A stretch of 30,461 nt of DNA from Candidatus Sericytochromatia bacterium (lineage in GTDB: Bacteria; Cyanobacteriota; Sericytochromatia; S15B-MN24; JAQBPE01), in assembly GCA_035285125.1 (NCBI GenBank), contig JAYKHR010000027.1, positions 1-30,461 on the forward strand, in the 5' to 3' direction. The translations under genes were made by a program, and so were the position numbers. Below are positions 17,730-26,764 of this stretch, one piece after another (position 1 is the first letter of the stretch; every line of letters starts with the position of its first letter). The notes beneath the pieces were generated by a model. It was not told where the DNA came from, ran no database searches, and saw only the letters and a list, made by a program, of their open reading frames with translations.

Positions 17730-18836
17730 TCAAGAGGGGGCCATCAAGGCGCGCTCGTAGGCCTCGACCATCGTCCCAAGTTGCAGGTTGGCACCGGCCC
17801 AGCTGCGGGCGTTCCGCGCGATGCTTTCCCACGCGGCGGGCGGAAGATCCGCCAGGCGTTCCAGTGCGGTCGCGATCTCGGCTGGTGAACCCGGGTCGAA
17901 CAAAAAGCCTCGCTCTGGCTCGGCCACCAGCCGGGGGAGGTCTCCGATGCGCGAAGCCACCACGGGGCGCGCGGCGATGAAGGCCTCGCAGACGGCATTC
18001 GGAAGGCCCTCGTAGTGTGAGGGTAGCACCAGCGCATGGTGCCCTGCCAGCAAGGCCGGCACGTCGGAGCGTTCACCGAGCCAGTGCCAGGCTGTCTGAA
18101 CTTCCGGATGACTCCTCAGCACCGCCTCGATCTCCTCACGGTGGGCTTGGCCTCCTGACGTCTGGTCGGGCCTGCCAGCCCACGAAACTCTCGGCACCCA
18201 CCCACGGCGCTCTCGAAAGGCCGCAAGGCCTCTCGCGAGGTTGACTCCATTCTTCTCTGGTCCCACGCGTCCCACCACGAGCAGCGACAGCTTTCCAGCC
18301 GTGGGGGGGGGGGGCGGCAAGGGTTCCGGACCCAGCTCGTAGCCATTGTAGATTGTGAGGGTTTTGTGGCGAAGCCATCTGTGACGCGTGAGCCATGCGG
18401 CGTGGGCGTGGCTGTTCGCAACCACCACGTCCGCGAAGCCGTGCAGCAGTCGCTTGCCCCAGGCGGTCAGTCGTGGGCCGTCCCCCTCGTGGCTCGACCG
18501 CTCGGACACCACGAGGCGGGTGCGGGGAGCGGCCAGCCGGGCCAGCTCTGCGCACGCACTTGGAGCGCCGAGAAAGGCGATAACTCCGTCAAATTGACCT
18601 TGGCGCACCAGCCTCGCCAGGCGCCACGTGACCCTCGCTGCGCCGAGCTGTTCGCGGTCCGCCACGTGCACCGTCAGGCCCGCTGCAGTGATGGCGGGCA
18701 GGAAGAAATCATGGCGGGGGTGGTAGAGGAACAGCTCCACCTGATGGCCCCGGGTCGCCAGGCCGCAGGCGAGATTGGTCATTTGGCGCTGGGCCCCGCC
18801 TGAACCGAAGTGGTCAATCACGCACAATAGCTTCAC
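17730..18836 (-). CDS. Glycosyltransferase family 4
   Basis: Start re-called at GTG 18836 (VKLLCVIDHFGSGGAQRQ). VSERS, IYNG, GRVGPEKN and LPSHYEGLPNAVCEA. Confidence 0.88.
   Translation of the reverse strand: MKLLCVIDHFGSGGAQRQMTNLACGLATRGHQVELFLYHPRHDFFLPAITAAGLTVHVADREQLGAARVTWRLARLVRQGQFDGVIAFLGAPSACAELARLAAPRTRLVVSERSSHEGDGPRLTAWGKRLLHGFADVVVANSHAHAAWLTRHRWLRHKTLTIYNGYELGPEPLPPPPPTAGKLSLLVVGRVGPEKNGVNLARGLAAFRERRGWVPRVSWAGRPDQTSGGQAHREEIEAVLRSHPEVQTAWHWLGERSDVPALLAGHHALVLPSHYEGLPNAVCEAFIAARPVVASRIGDLPRLVAEPERGFLFDPGSPAEIATALERLADLPPAAWESIARNARSWAGANLQLGTMVEAYERALMAPS
18303..18314 (-). repeat. C12 homopolymer on the coding strand of a GT4 gene
   Basis: Twelve consecutive G on the + strand; encodes four CCC Pro codons. 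Confidence 0.9.
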
Positions 18837-18843
18837 AACGGCC

Positions 18844-20304
18844 TCAGGCGAACTTGAGCGTGGCCCAGAGGAGGTGTACAACAACCATGGCCGCCAGGGT
18901 GACGAAGAGGATCCGCTGGAGCAACCGAGCAGCCACGGGGTCACGCGTATCCGGCACCAGGGCGAGCAGAAACAGGGGCACAAAAAATGCTCCGAGGTGA
19001 CGGTTCTCCAAGCTGGTGCCGGCGATGCCGAGGGTGAAGCCAGCGATCACGACCAGGCAGAAGATGAGGCCTGGCTTGCGGCGAGCTGGTTCGCGCCAGA
19101 GTTGCCAGATCCCAAGCCCGACGAACGGCAGGACGACGTAGAAAAACAGCACGTTGATTGACTTGAACAGGTTGTAAGCAGATTCCAGCTGGAACCCGCC
19201 CCAGGCGGGGATCGGGAACACGTAGAGGTACGCCGAACCCAGCAACAGCCGCAGGGGCAGGCTCTGACCCACGATCATGGCTGTGCCCAGCGAGTCAGCG
19301 CCGTGCTGCTCATACATCCCTTCGGTGTAGGCCTCATTGCGCTGCAAGAACGTTTCTTGGAGTGACTCCTCCGCGGTCAACAGGTATGCCAGGGAGCAAA
19401 CGAAGCCCAAGGCTGCCAGCGTGCGTGCCACGAGCCGGCCCTGGTTCGACTCAATTCCCAAGATCAAGGAAATGGTCGCTGCGATGGCGAAGGCAAACGG
19501 CACATAGAAGAACTCCGCCCGCAAGAAGGGCAGGAGCAGGAGGCTGACGAGGGTCGCGACCGTCACCTGGACCAGCCGCATTGGCGTGTTGGGCCTGGAT
19601 ACGAACCGCACCCAAGCCCACGCCAGCGCCGTCACGCCAAGAAGCACCATGCCATCGCGCAAGTGGATCCCGGCGAACAGCCATAGCAGGCCGCAAGACC
19701 CGAGCAGCCATGTGAGGCGGCGGAAGCGGTACAGGTCCTCCCCGAAGATGTGGCGCGCCATCTTCAAGGCGAGCACGCCCGTGAAGCCACCAGCCAGTAC
19801 GTTGATGAGGATCCCCACGTACCGCTCGCGCTCGATGCCGAGCTCGGCGAAAAGGTCGTAGGCCGAGGCCCACACCACCACAGCCAGCGAGCCCTCTGTC
19901 AGGAGGCGCAGTTCCTCGAGCCTGAACCCCCTGGCCTTGTAGGCCGAGATCTCGTGAAACCCGCCGGGGTCGCTGTTGAGTTGCATGTAGTCGCCGAGGT
20001 TGCTGGCATAGATTGCCGCCACCCCCGCCATCACCCAGTAGACGCAGAACAGCCGGATGAAGATCCGCCGCTCCTCGCGGCCTCCCCACTTGGGGAGCAA
20101 CAGGCTTACAACTCCCCCTGTCAGAAGGATGGCACCAACGAGGAGCGGCACCGCGGTCTGATAGGCGACAAGGTTCAGCAGGCTGCCGAAGAGGAGGAGC
20201 ACCACGTTGAAGCCCCCGAGCGAGAGGCGTCTCTCATCGGAAGCGTCTGGCCTCGCCTCGCTGGCAAGGTCGGGTGGATGGGGCGCAAGGGGGGGGTCGC
20301 TCAC
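18844..20304 (-). CDS. Polytopic membrane protein, probable polysaccharide polymerase (Wzy-like)
   Basis: GTG at 20304 overlaps the stop of the hisF-like gene. About 486 aa with numerous hydrophobic helices and polar loops, located among GTs and the flippase. Function inferred from context. Confidence 0.6.
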   Translation of the reverse strand: MSDPPLAPHPPDLASEARPDASDERRLSLGGFNVVLLLFGSLLNLVAYQTAVPLLVGAILLTGGVVSLLLPKWGGREERRIFIRLFCVYWVMAGVAAIYASNLGDYMQLNSDPGGFHEISAYKARGFRLEELRLLTEGSLAVVVWASAYDLFAELGIERERYVGILINVLAGGFTGVLALKMARHIFGEDLYRFRRLTWLLGSCGLLWLFAGIHLRDGMVLLGVTALAWAWVRFVSRPNTPMRLVQVTVATLVSLLLLPFLRAEFFYVPFAFAIAATISLILGIESNQGRLVARTLAALGFVCSLAYLLTAEESLQETFLQRNEAYTEGMYEQHGADSLGTAMIVGQSLPLRLLLGSAYLYVFPIPAWGGFQLESAYNLFKSINVLFFYVVLPFVGLGIWQLWREPARRKPGLIFCLVVIAGFTLGIAGTSLENRHLGAFFVPLFLLALVPDTRDPVAARLLQRILFVTLAAMVVVHLLWATLKFA

Positions 20305-21062
20305 CGCAACACCTCCCGCAACGCCCCGGCATCCGGGAAGTTCACCAGCACCCCCATCCCTTGCTTCTGGAAGACCACCATGCTCCCGAGCGCGACGGCC
20401 GAGGCCCCGCCCTCCCGCACCACCGCCCCGATGTCTGCGACCGATGCGGCCCCGCCGTGGGCGATCACGGGGATCGAGACGGCCGATGCCACCGCGTGCA
20501 CAAGCGGCAGGTCGAACCCGCGCCAGGTGCCCTCGCGGTCGATCGCCGTGAGCAGGATCTCGCCTGCCCCGCGCCGCTCCAGCTCCTGCGCCCAGGCCAC
20601 CGGCTCGAGCCACGTGCGCTGGCGGCCGCCCCGGGTGTGCACGCGGGGCCTGCCCAGCCAGCCGCGTCCCACGTCGATCGAGGCGACCACGGCCTGGCTG
20701 CCGAATCGCTCGGCCAGCGCGCCCACGAGGGCGGGCTCCTCGAGGGCGGCGGTGTTGACGACGACCTTCTCCACCCCCACGTCGAGGATGGCGGCGGCCT
20801 CCTCCACCGAGCGGATCCCACCGCCGTAACCCAGCGGCATGAAGCACTCGCTGGCAAGGTCGCCCAGCAGCGCGAGGTTGGGGCCCCGGCGCTCCGGTGT
20901 GGCACGGATGTCGAGCACCAGCAGCTCGTCGACCTCGAGCTCGTTGAAGATGCGCACCGTGTTGCAGGGGTCGCCCACGTAGGTGTAGGGCCCGAAGCGC
21001 CTGGTCTTCACCAGGCTCTCGTCGCGCAGCAGCAGCGCGGGGATCACGCGGGTCCGCAGCAT
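20301..21062 (-). CDS. HisF-like cyclase-fold subunit (WbuZ/HisF2 type) of a sugar amidotransferase complex
   Basis: Start re-called at ATG 21062 (MLRTRVIPALLL). YVGDP.NTVRIFNE.EVDEL, ECFMPLGYGGGI and IDREGTW.GFD. Confidence 0.88.
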   Translation of the reverse strand: MLRTRVIPALLLRDESLVKTRRFGPYTYVGDPCNTVRIFNELEVDELLVLDIRATPERRGPNLALLGDLASECFMPLGYGGGIRSVEEAAAILDVGVEKVVVNTAALEEPALVGALAERFGSQAVVASIDVGRGWLGRPRVHTRGGRQRTWLEPVAWAQELERRGAGEILLTAIDREGTWRGFDLPLVHAVASAVSIPVIAHGGAASVADIGAVVREGGASAVALGSMVVFQKQGMGVLVNFPDAGALREVLR

Positions 21063-21064
21063 CG

Positions 21065-21673
21065 TCACAGCTCCGCGAAGTTCTGCAAGAGGCGCATGCC
21101 GAAGCGGTGGCTCTTCTCCGGGTGGAACTGCACGCCGAAGACGTTGCCGCGCCCGATGGCGGCCTCGAAGGCCACGCCGTGGTGGGCGCGCAGCAGCGCG
21201 TCGGCCGGGTCGTCCACCGCGACGTGGTACGAGTGCACGAAGTAGTACCGCGGCTCGTCCCCGAGGTTGCGTGTCAGCGGGCTCGGCGTGGCCTCCTCCA
21301 CCAGGTTCCAGCCCATGTGCGGGACCTTCAGCCCCGGCTGCCGCGGGAAGCGGCGGGTGTCTGCCGCGAGCCAGCCGAGCCCGGGCCGCACCCCCTCCTC
21401 GCTGCCGCGCGTCAGCAGCTGCATCCCGAGGCAGACGCCCAGCACCGGCACCCGGGCGACGAGGGCCTGGTGGTCGAGCGCCTCCCGCAGCCCCGGCACC
21501 GCCTCGATCCGGGCCATGGCGGCGTCGAAGGCGCCGACGCCCGGCAGCACCAGCTTCCGCGCGGCGCGGATCGCGTCGGGGTCGGCCTCGGCCCGGGCGG
21601 GGACGCCGAGGCGCTTGAACATGTTGAGCATCGAGCCGAGGTTGCCGACGCCGTAGGAGACGATGGTGATCAC
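21065..21673 (-). CDS. HisH-like class I glutamine amidotransferase (WbuY type)
   Basis: YGVGNLGS, LPGVGAF, GVCLGMQ (catalytic Cys), PHMGWN, YFVHSY and QFHPEKS. Confidence 0.9.
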   Translation of the reverse strand: MITIVSYGVGNLGSMLNMFKRLGVPARAEADPDAIRAARKLVLPGVGAFDAAMARIEAVPGLREALDHQALVARVPVLGVCLGMQLLTRGSEEGVRPGLGWLAADTRRFPRQPGLKVPHMGWNLVEEATPSPLTRNLGDEPRYYFVHSYHVAVDDPADALLRAHHGVAFEAAIGRGNVFGVQFHPEKSHRFGMRLLQNFAEL

Positions 21674-22848
21674 CTGGGGGCCTCGGCGGGGAAGCAGTAC
21701 TTGAGGTAGAAGCTCTTGGGGACCAGGCTGGCATCAGCCATGAGCTTGAACATCGGGCGCAGCGCCTCGAACCGCCGCTTGTAGGTGTGGAAGTCCCGGT
21801 AGGTTCGCCTCGGGCCGCTCATCGCGGCCTGGAACTCGGCTTCGCTGAGCTTGAGACGCTTCTGGAAGTAGGCCAGGAGTTCCTCTTCCAAGTGGGGAGG
21901 GGTCGCGTACTCCTGAATGGCTTCCTCCCGCGTCATGGTGCCGGAACGCACCGCGGCTGACAGGCTGTTGTTGCGCTGATCCAGCCCGAACCGGTGGGGG
22001 TTGTAGTAGCTGTGGTGGAAGGCGGACATGCGGTTCTCCAGGTGGTGCCCGCCGTAATACTCCCAGCCGTACTCCCGGGCCAGGAAGTCCCGTGCGGCTG
22101 GCTTGTTGTAGTCCACGTACCAGAGGGGGCGAACCTTCTTGATCCGGTAGAGCAGCAGCCACTTCATGAATGCCCAGAACGGCATGTTGGGGAAGCTCTT
22201 CATCGGCCTTCGCCCGAACCGTTGATGCACGCTGTGCACGTAGGCGCCGTCGATATACATGTTGCCAAGGGGGGAAACGCCCTCTGTCCGGAAGCTGTGG
22301 CCCTCCAGGACGTACCTGACGCCGTGCCTCGCGCAGGCCATGTACATGACCTGGGGGGCGGCGATGTCGGTGGGGCCGTCGAGTTCCGGCACGCCGGCCA
22401 GAAAGAACGCCTTGTGGATGTCGTCAATCTCCACGTTGTCGGCCACATAGGTGAACAGGTCGACCCCGAGTGGCTTCAGCACCCTCTGGATGTTGATCGT
22501 CGCGATGGCCGAGTTCCAGGTGTTGTCGTAGTGAACGGCCAGCGGTCGCAAGCCCCAGGTGCGCACGGCGTGGTGCATCAGCCATGAGGAGTCCGTGCCA
22601 CCGCTGACCCCGATGATGCAGTCGTACCGCTTGCCCCGGCCGTCTGCCTTGATCTGATCGAGGATCCCCTCGAACTTCCTTTCCCCCTCGGGGGTACCAG
22701 TCTTGAACTCGGCCTCCAGCCCCTCGATCATCCGACAGTAGGTGCAAACCCCCTCGTGATCGAACTTGATGCCCGGCAGCGTGGCGTCGTAGATGCACCG
22801 CGAGCAGAGCCGCACCTCGTTCGCGAGGATGCGCTGACCCATCAGCAT
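21670..22848 (-). CDS. N-acetyl sugar amidotransferase (WbuX/PseA/WbpG-like)
   Basis: CxxC...CxxC N-terminus, YDCIIGVSGGTDS PP-loop and PLAVHYDNTWNS; adjacent to hisH/hisF-like genes. The true start may be the Met at 22842. Confidence 0.88.
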   Translation of the reverse strand: MLMGQRILANEVRLCSRCIYDATLPGIKFDHEGVCTYCRMIEGLEAEFKTGTPEGERKFEGILDQIKADGRGKRYDCIIGVSGGTDSSWLMHHAVRTWGLRPLAVHYDNTWNSAIATINIQRVLKPLGVDLFTYVADNVEIDDIHKAFFLAGVPELDGPTDIAAPQVMYMACARHGVRYVLEGHSFRTEGVSPLGNMYIDGAYVHSVHQRFGRRPMKSFPNMPFWAFMKWLLLYRIKKVRPLWYVDYNKPAARDFLAREYGWEYYGGHHLENRMSAFHHSYYNPHRFGLDQRNNSLSAAVRSGTMTREEAIQEYATPPHLEEELLAYFQKRLKLSEAEFQAAMSGPRRTYRDFHTYKRRFEALRPMFKLMADASLVPKSFYLKYCFPAEAPR

Positions 22849-23756
22849 GGCCGTGCCTCCGTGCGTCTCCTGGCCCTGGCCTGGGCCTTCATGTCCCTCA
22901 GGAAGTCTCGATGGCTGATCGCGAAGTTCCCCGTCACGCGCTCCTGAGGCGCGACGTCACGGACCACGACGGCCCCCAAGGTCACCTGGGCGCCCTGGCC
23001 GACGTGGACCTGGGACGAGATGCTCGCGTTCGGCCCGATCCAGACGTCGTCCTCGATGACCGCGCTGCCCGCGATCATCGCGTGGGCAGCCACCAGGCAG
23101 CGCGCCCCGACCTTGGCGCAGTGCGCGATGTGCACCAGGCAGTCCGTCTTGGTCTGGTGGCCGATCTGGGTGTCTTCTCCCATCAAGCCCCTCGCCACGG
23201 TGCAGTTGGCTCCGATCTCGACCTCCTCGCCAATGACCACGAACCTGTCGTGCACCACCGACAACACACCGCCTGCGACCCGCTTGTGCTCGAAGCCCTC
23301 GACCCCCAGCGAGCTCCCCGCACGCACCACGCTGTTGGCGCCGATCTCCACGCCTGGCAGGATGGTGACCATGGGCTCGATGTGCACGCCAGGCCCGATC
23401 ACGACGCCGGACGGGGCCACGTAGGCTCGGGCGTCGATGTGGGCAGAGGGCGCTATCCTGCTGGGCTCCAGCCCCCTGTTCGCGGTCACGGCACAGGTGT
23501 TGTGTGCCTGGTAGAACACGGCGCGCGGCGCCTCGGCCTCCAGCAGCCACAGGTCGGGGCGCCGCTCGGCCAGCGCCTGGGCGAGCGTGCTGGTGGTGAT
23601 CACGCCCGCGACGTTGGGGTTTCTGGCGAGGTCAGCCAGGAACTGGGCCGAGTCGAGGAACGTCAGGGTGCCGGGCTGGCGGGAGGCGATGAGCCCGAAG
23701 CCCTTCAACGAGGGTTGCGCTGCGAGGGCGCTCAGGACCTGCTGGACCTCGATCAC
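22842..23756 (-). CDS. LpxD-like hexapeptide-repeat acyltransferase
   Basis: Left-handed beta-helix repeats, TLTFL N-terminal segment, G.EGF, VEIGANCTVARG and KTDCLVHIAH. Confidence 0.8.
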   Translation of the reverse strand: MIEVQQVLSALAAQPSLKGFGLIASRQPGTLTFLDSAQFLADLARNPNVAGVITTSTLAQALAERRPDLWLLEAEAPRAVFYQAHNTCAVTANRGLEPSRIAPSAHIDARAYVAPSGVVIGPGVHIEPMVTILPGVEIGANSVVRAGSSLGVEGFEHKRVAGGVLSVVHDRFVVIGEEVEIGANCTVARGLMGEDTQIGHQTKTDCLVHIAHCAKVGARCLVAAHAMIAGSAVIEDDVWIGPNASISSQVHVGQGAQVTLGAVVVRDVAPQERVTGNFAISHRDFLRDMKAQARARRRTEARPC

Positions 23757-24850
23757 GCGTGTGCCTCCGTTCCTGTTCCTCGCAAGCGTGGCGCAAGCCT
23801 CAGGCCATAGCCCGAGGCCACCGCCAACGCCAGGGCTTCCTCGGTGCGTTTCCCGCGCTGGCGCGCCTTGCAGACGAGGCCTGCGGCGTGCAGCCCCGCC
23901 GTGTGAAGGTCGACCACCGGCTTGACGCCCACATGGGACGTGGTCACCGTCATGAAGCCAGGCTGGACGGAGTGGCTGGGGTGCTTCTGCAGCCCGTGCG
24001 CCATGAGGTACGCCGCGTCCACGTTGCCGCAGATGTGCACGAGGGGCGCTGCTCGCCTCGCCAACGCCTCGACGACGTGAGGCGTGGTGGGGCCCAGGAT
24101 TTCAGCGTGCGTGCGATGCTCGACCACCACCACCGCGTCACTCTCCGCCAACCTCGCAAGGGCCTCGTCGCTGGGCCATCCCAGGGTCGGATCCAGCAGC
24201 GGCGCGCGGGCACCACAGGCCGTCAGCAGGGCCTGACAGGCTCCGCCGAAGGGCTCTGAACCCACGACGGCGACGGTCAACCCGGCCACCTCGCAAGCCT
24301 GCTCGAGCAACAGCTTCAAGGCGAGCATTCCAACAGCCTGGAAGGTCGCCACCTCAGGGTGATGCTCATTGGTTGCGATGATGGGCACACCGTGCTCGGC
24401 ACAAGCCTGCACATCGATGTCTTCAGGGCGGAATTCCCAGGGCTCCCACATCAGCGCGATGACGGCGTGGGGGGAGAGCTTGGCAACCACCTCACGGCAA
24501 ATCGGCCTGACAAACCCGAGGTTGGTGACCAGGTCGATGTCGTTTGCGACTGTCGTCGGGGGCTTTGTGGTGATCTCAAGTCGCTCCGCCACGCCGAAGT
24601 GGTTTGCCAACGTCCGGGTCATGGCCTCCACGTCCGCAGCGCTGCCCCATCGGGAGTCGCGGGTGCAGGCCACCACCCGGCGGGCCCCTGCTGCGGCTGC
24701 CAGGATCGGCGTGGCCAGGAACGGTCCTGTTGCAGCCTCGGTGAGCACCGCCAAGCCCTTCAGGTCCGGCTTGAAGGTATGCAGCGCGGATTCGACCCGC
24801 GCCGCCAGCTTGAGCACCTCGGGTCGGCTCAGTGGCACGGGGGCCTCCAA
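23753..24850 (-). CDS. Hypothetical protein with possible D-2-hydroxyacid-dehydrogenase-like fold
   Basis: 365 aa filling the operon gap, with its stop overlapping the next GTG. IDVQACAEHGVPI and AGLTVAVVGSEPFG segments. Start uncertain. Confidence 0.65.
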   Translation of the reverse strand: MEAPVPLSRPEVLKLAARVESALHTFKPDLKGLAVLTEAATGPFLATPILAAAAGARRVVACTRDSRWGSAADVEAMTRTLANHFGVAERLEITTKPPTTVANDIDLVTNLGFVRPICREVVAKLSPHAVIALMWEPWEFRPEDIDVQACAEHGVPIIATNEHHPEVATFQAVGMLALKLLLEQACEVAGLTVAVVGSEPFGGACQALLTACGARAPLLDPTLGWPSDEALARLAESDAVVVVEHRTHAEILGPTTPHVVEALARRAAPLVHICGNVDAAYLMAHGLQKHPSHSVQPGFMTVTTSHVGVKPVVDLHTAGLHAAGLVCKARQRGKRTEEALALAVASGYGLRLAPRLRGTGTEAHA

Positions 24851-24889
24851 GCTCGCGCGAGCCGCGAACCCCAGGGCCAGGGTTCGGCG

Positions 24890-26764
24890 TCACACGTACT
24901 CATGCAAGAATGCCTCCACGTTCAGCAGCGACCAGATCATCAGGCGCCGGTTCTGCTGACCGTCCAGGTGCTGCGCGATGAGGGGCTCCAGAGCGCTGCG
25001 GTCGAGCACGTCGTAGATCCGGGCGTGCGTGTGCAGCAGCCGCCGCACGAACGCGATGCTCTCCCCCTTGAACCAGCTCGCGTCAGGGGCCGAGAAGCCC
25101 TGCTTCTCGGCGTCCGTGATGCTCGCGGGGATGTGGCGCGCCATCACGTCGCGCAGCAGCTGCTTGCCGTCCCGCGTCTTCTGGAAGTAGGCGCCCTGCT
25201 TGTCACCTGGCTCGTTTTCGTTGATGCGCAGCACCTCGGCGAGGTTGTTGAGCTTCAGGTTCACGGGGCAGCGCATCGCGAAGTCCACCAGGTCGTTGTC
25301 CATAAAGGGCACGCGGCTCTCGAGGCCGTGGGCCATGCTGAGCTTGTCCTCCACCACGAAGAGCCCGTGCAGGAAGGTTCGGGCCTCGAAGTAGAGCGAG
25401 TGGTTGATGTAATCTTCGGGCCGCTCGAGCGCGTTGTCGTGGGTGGCGAACACATCCCGGAAGATGTCGCGCGTCCACACGTGCGAGACCTCCGGCCAGA
25501 TCGGCGCAAAGACGCGCTGGAGCTCGCTGTTGCTCAGGAGCCGCTGCCAGTACAGGTAGTACTGGTCGATGTAGTGCTCGAAGCCCTGGCTGCCCGTCGC
25601 CCGGTAGTAGCGCCAGGGGTAGCCGCCGAAGAGCTCGTCGCCCCCTGCCCCCGACAGCACCACCTTCACGAACTTGCTCGCGAGCTGGGCGGCGTAGAAG
25701 TTGGGGTAGGACTGGCCCACGCGGGGCTCCTCGAGGTGCCAGGCGAGGCGCGGCAGGCAGCGCTCCATGTCGCCGGCCTTGAGCACCATCTCGTAGTGCT
25801 CGGTCTTGAAGCGGGCCGACATCGCCTCGGCCTTCTGGCGCTCGTCGAAGGCCACCTCGATGCCGGAGGCGGAGCTCAGGTCGAAGCCGCAGGTGAAGGT
25901 CTTGAGGTACGGGAACGACTGCGCGGCGATCGCGGTGATGGAGCCCGAGTCCATCCCGCCGCTCAGGTAGCTGCCAAGCTCCACGTCCGTCACGAGCTGG
26001 CGGTTCACGGCCTGCTGGAACAGCCGGTCGAGCTCCTCGAGGTAATCCTCTTTGGCTGCCGGCCGCTCGGGCTCGCGGAAGCGGTAGTCCCAGTAGCGCA
26101 CGCGCCGCAGCGTCGGGGCCTCCTCTCGCAGGTCCAGCGTGGCGTGGTGGCCCGCGGGCAGCAGCTGCACGTCTTCGAGCAGCGTGCGGTCCGTGAAGAT
26201 GTTCTGGAAGGTGAAGTACTCGAGCAGGGCCGCGTGGTCGAGGCGCCGGCGGAAGCTCGGCCGCGCCAGGATCGCCTTCTGCTCCGAGGCGAAGGCGAAG
26301 GTCGTTCCTTGCTGGCTGACGTAAAGCGGCTTGATGCCGTAGCGGTCGCGGGCGAGCAGCAGCGTCTGCTCCCTGCGGTCCCACAGCGCCAGCGCAAACA
26401 TCCCGTTGAACCGCGTCAGGGCCGCGACGCCCCAGCGCGCGAGCGCGTGCAGCACCACCTCGCTGTCCGTCTTGGAGCGGAACCAGACGCCCTCCGCCTC
26501 GAGCTCGGCGCGCAGCTCGCGGAAGTTGTAGACCTCGCCGTTGTAGCTCAGCACCCAGCGGTGGTCCGGTGAGATCATCGGCTGGTGGCCCGCGGGCGAG
26601 AGGTCGAGGATGGCGAGCCGGCGGTGCCCGAGCCCGACGTTCCCCTCGATCCAGTGGCCCTCGCCGTCCGGCCCGCGGTGCGCGATGGCGTCCGTCATCG
26701 CCTGCAGCGTGGCGGGTGAGACGGTCAGGCCATCGAGCTGAACCAGGCCGGCGATGCCACACAT
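24890..26764 (-). CDS. asnB: Asparagine synthase (glutamine-hydrolysing)-like amidotransferase
   Basis: Start re-called at ATG 26764 (TGATG overlap). MCGIAG, HRGPDG, GHRRLAILD, NGEVYN, RDRYGIKPL, LSGGMDS, SGAGGDELFGGY and ESRVPF. Confidence 0.92.
   Translation of the reverse strand: MCGIAGLVQLDGLTVSPATLQAMTDAIAHRGPDGEGHWIEGNVGLGHRRLAILDLSPAGHQPMISPDHRWVLSYNGEVYNFRELRAELEAEGVWFRSKTDSEVVLHALARWGVAALTRFNGMFALALWDRREQTLLLARDRYGIKPLYVSQQGTTFAFASEQKAILARPSFRRRLDHAALLEYFTFQNIFTDRTLLEDVQLLPAGHHATLDLREEAPTLRRVRYWDYRFREPERPAAKEDYLEELDRLFQQAVNRQLVTDVELGSYLSGGMDSGSITAIAAQSFPYLKTFTCGFDLSSASGIEVAFDERQKAEAMSARFKTEHYEMVLKAGDMERCLPRLAWHLEEPRVGQSYPNFYAAQLASKFVKVVLSGAGGDELFGGYPWRYYRATGSQGFEHYIDQYYLYWQRLLSNSELQRVFAPIWPEVSHVWTRDIFRDVFATHDNALERPEDYINHSLYFEARTFLHGLFVVEDKLSMAHGLESRVPFMDNDLVDFAMRCPVNLKLNNLAEVLRINENEPGDKQGAYFQKTRDGKQLLRDVMARHIPASITDAEKQGFSAPDASWFKGESIAFVRRLLHTHARIYDVLDRSALEPLIAQHLDGQQNRRLMIWSLLNVEAFLHEYV

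Noticed and set aside
20301..21673. hisF/hisH as histidine biosynthesis genes
   Set aside because: They sit next to a WbuX-like amidotransferase with no other his genes, and the sequence fits the LPS-associated paralogues.
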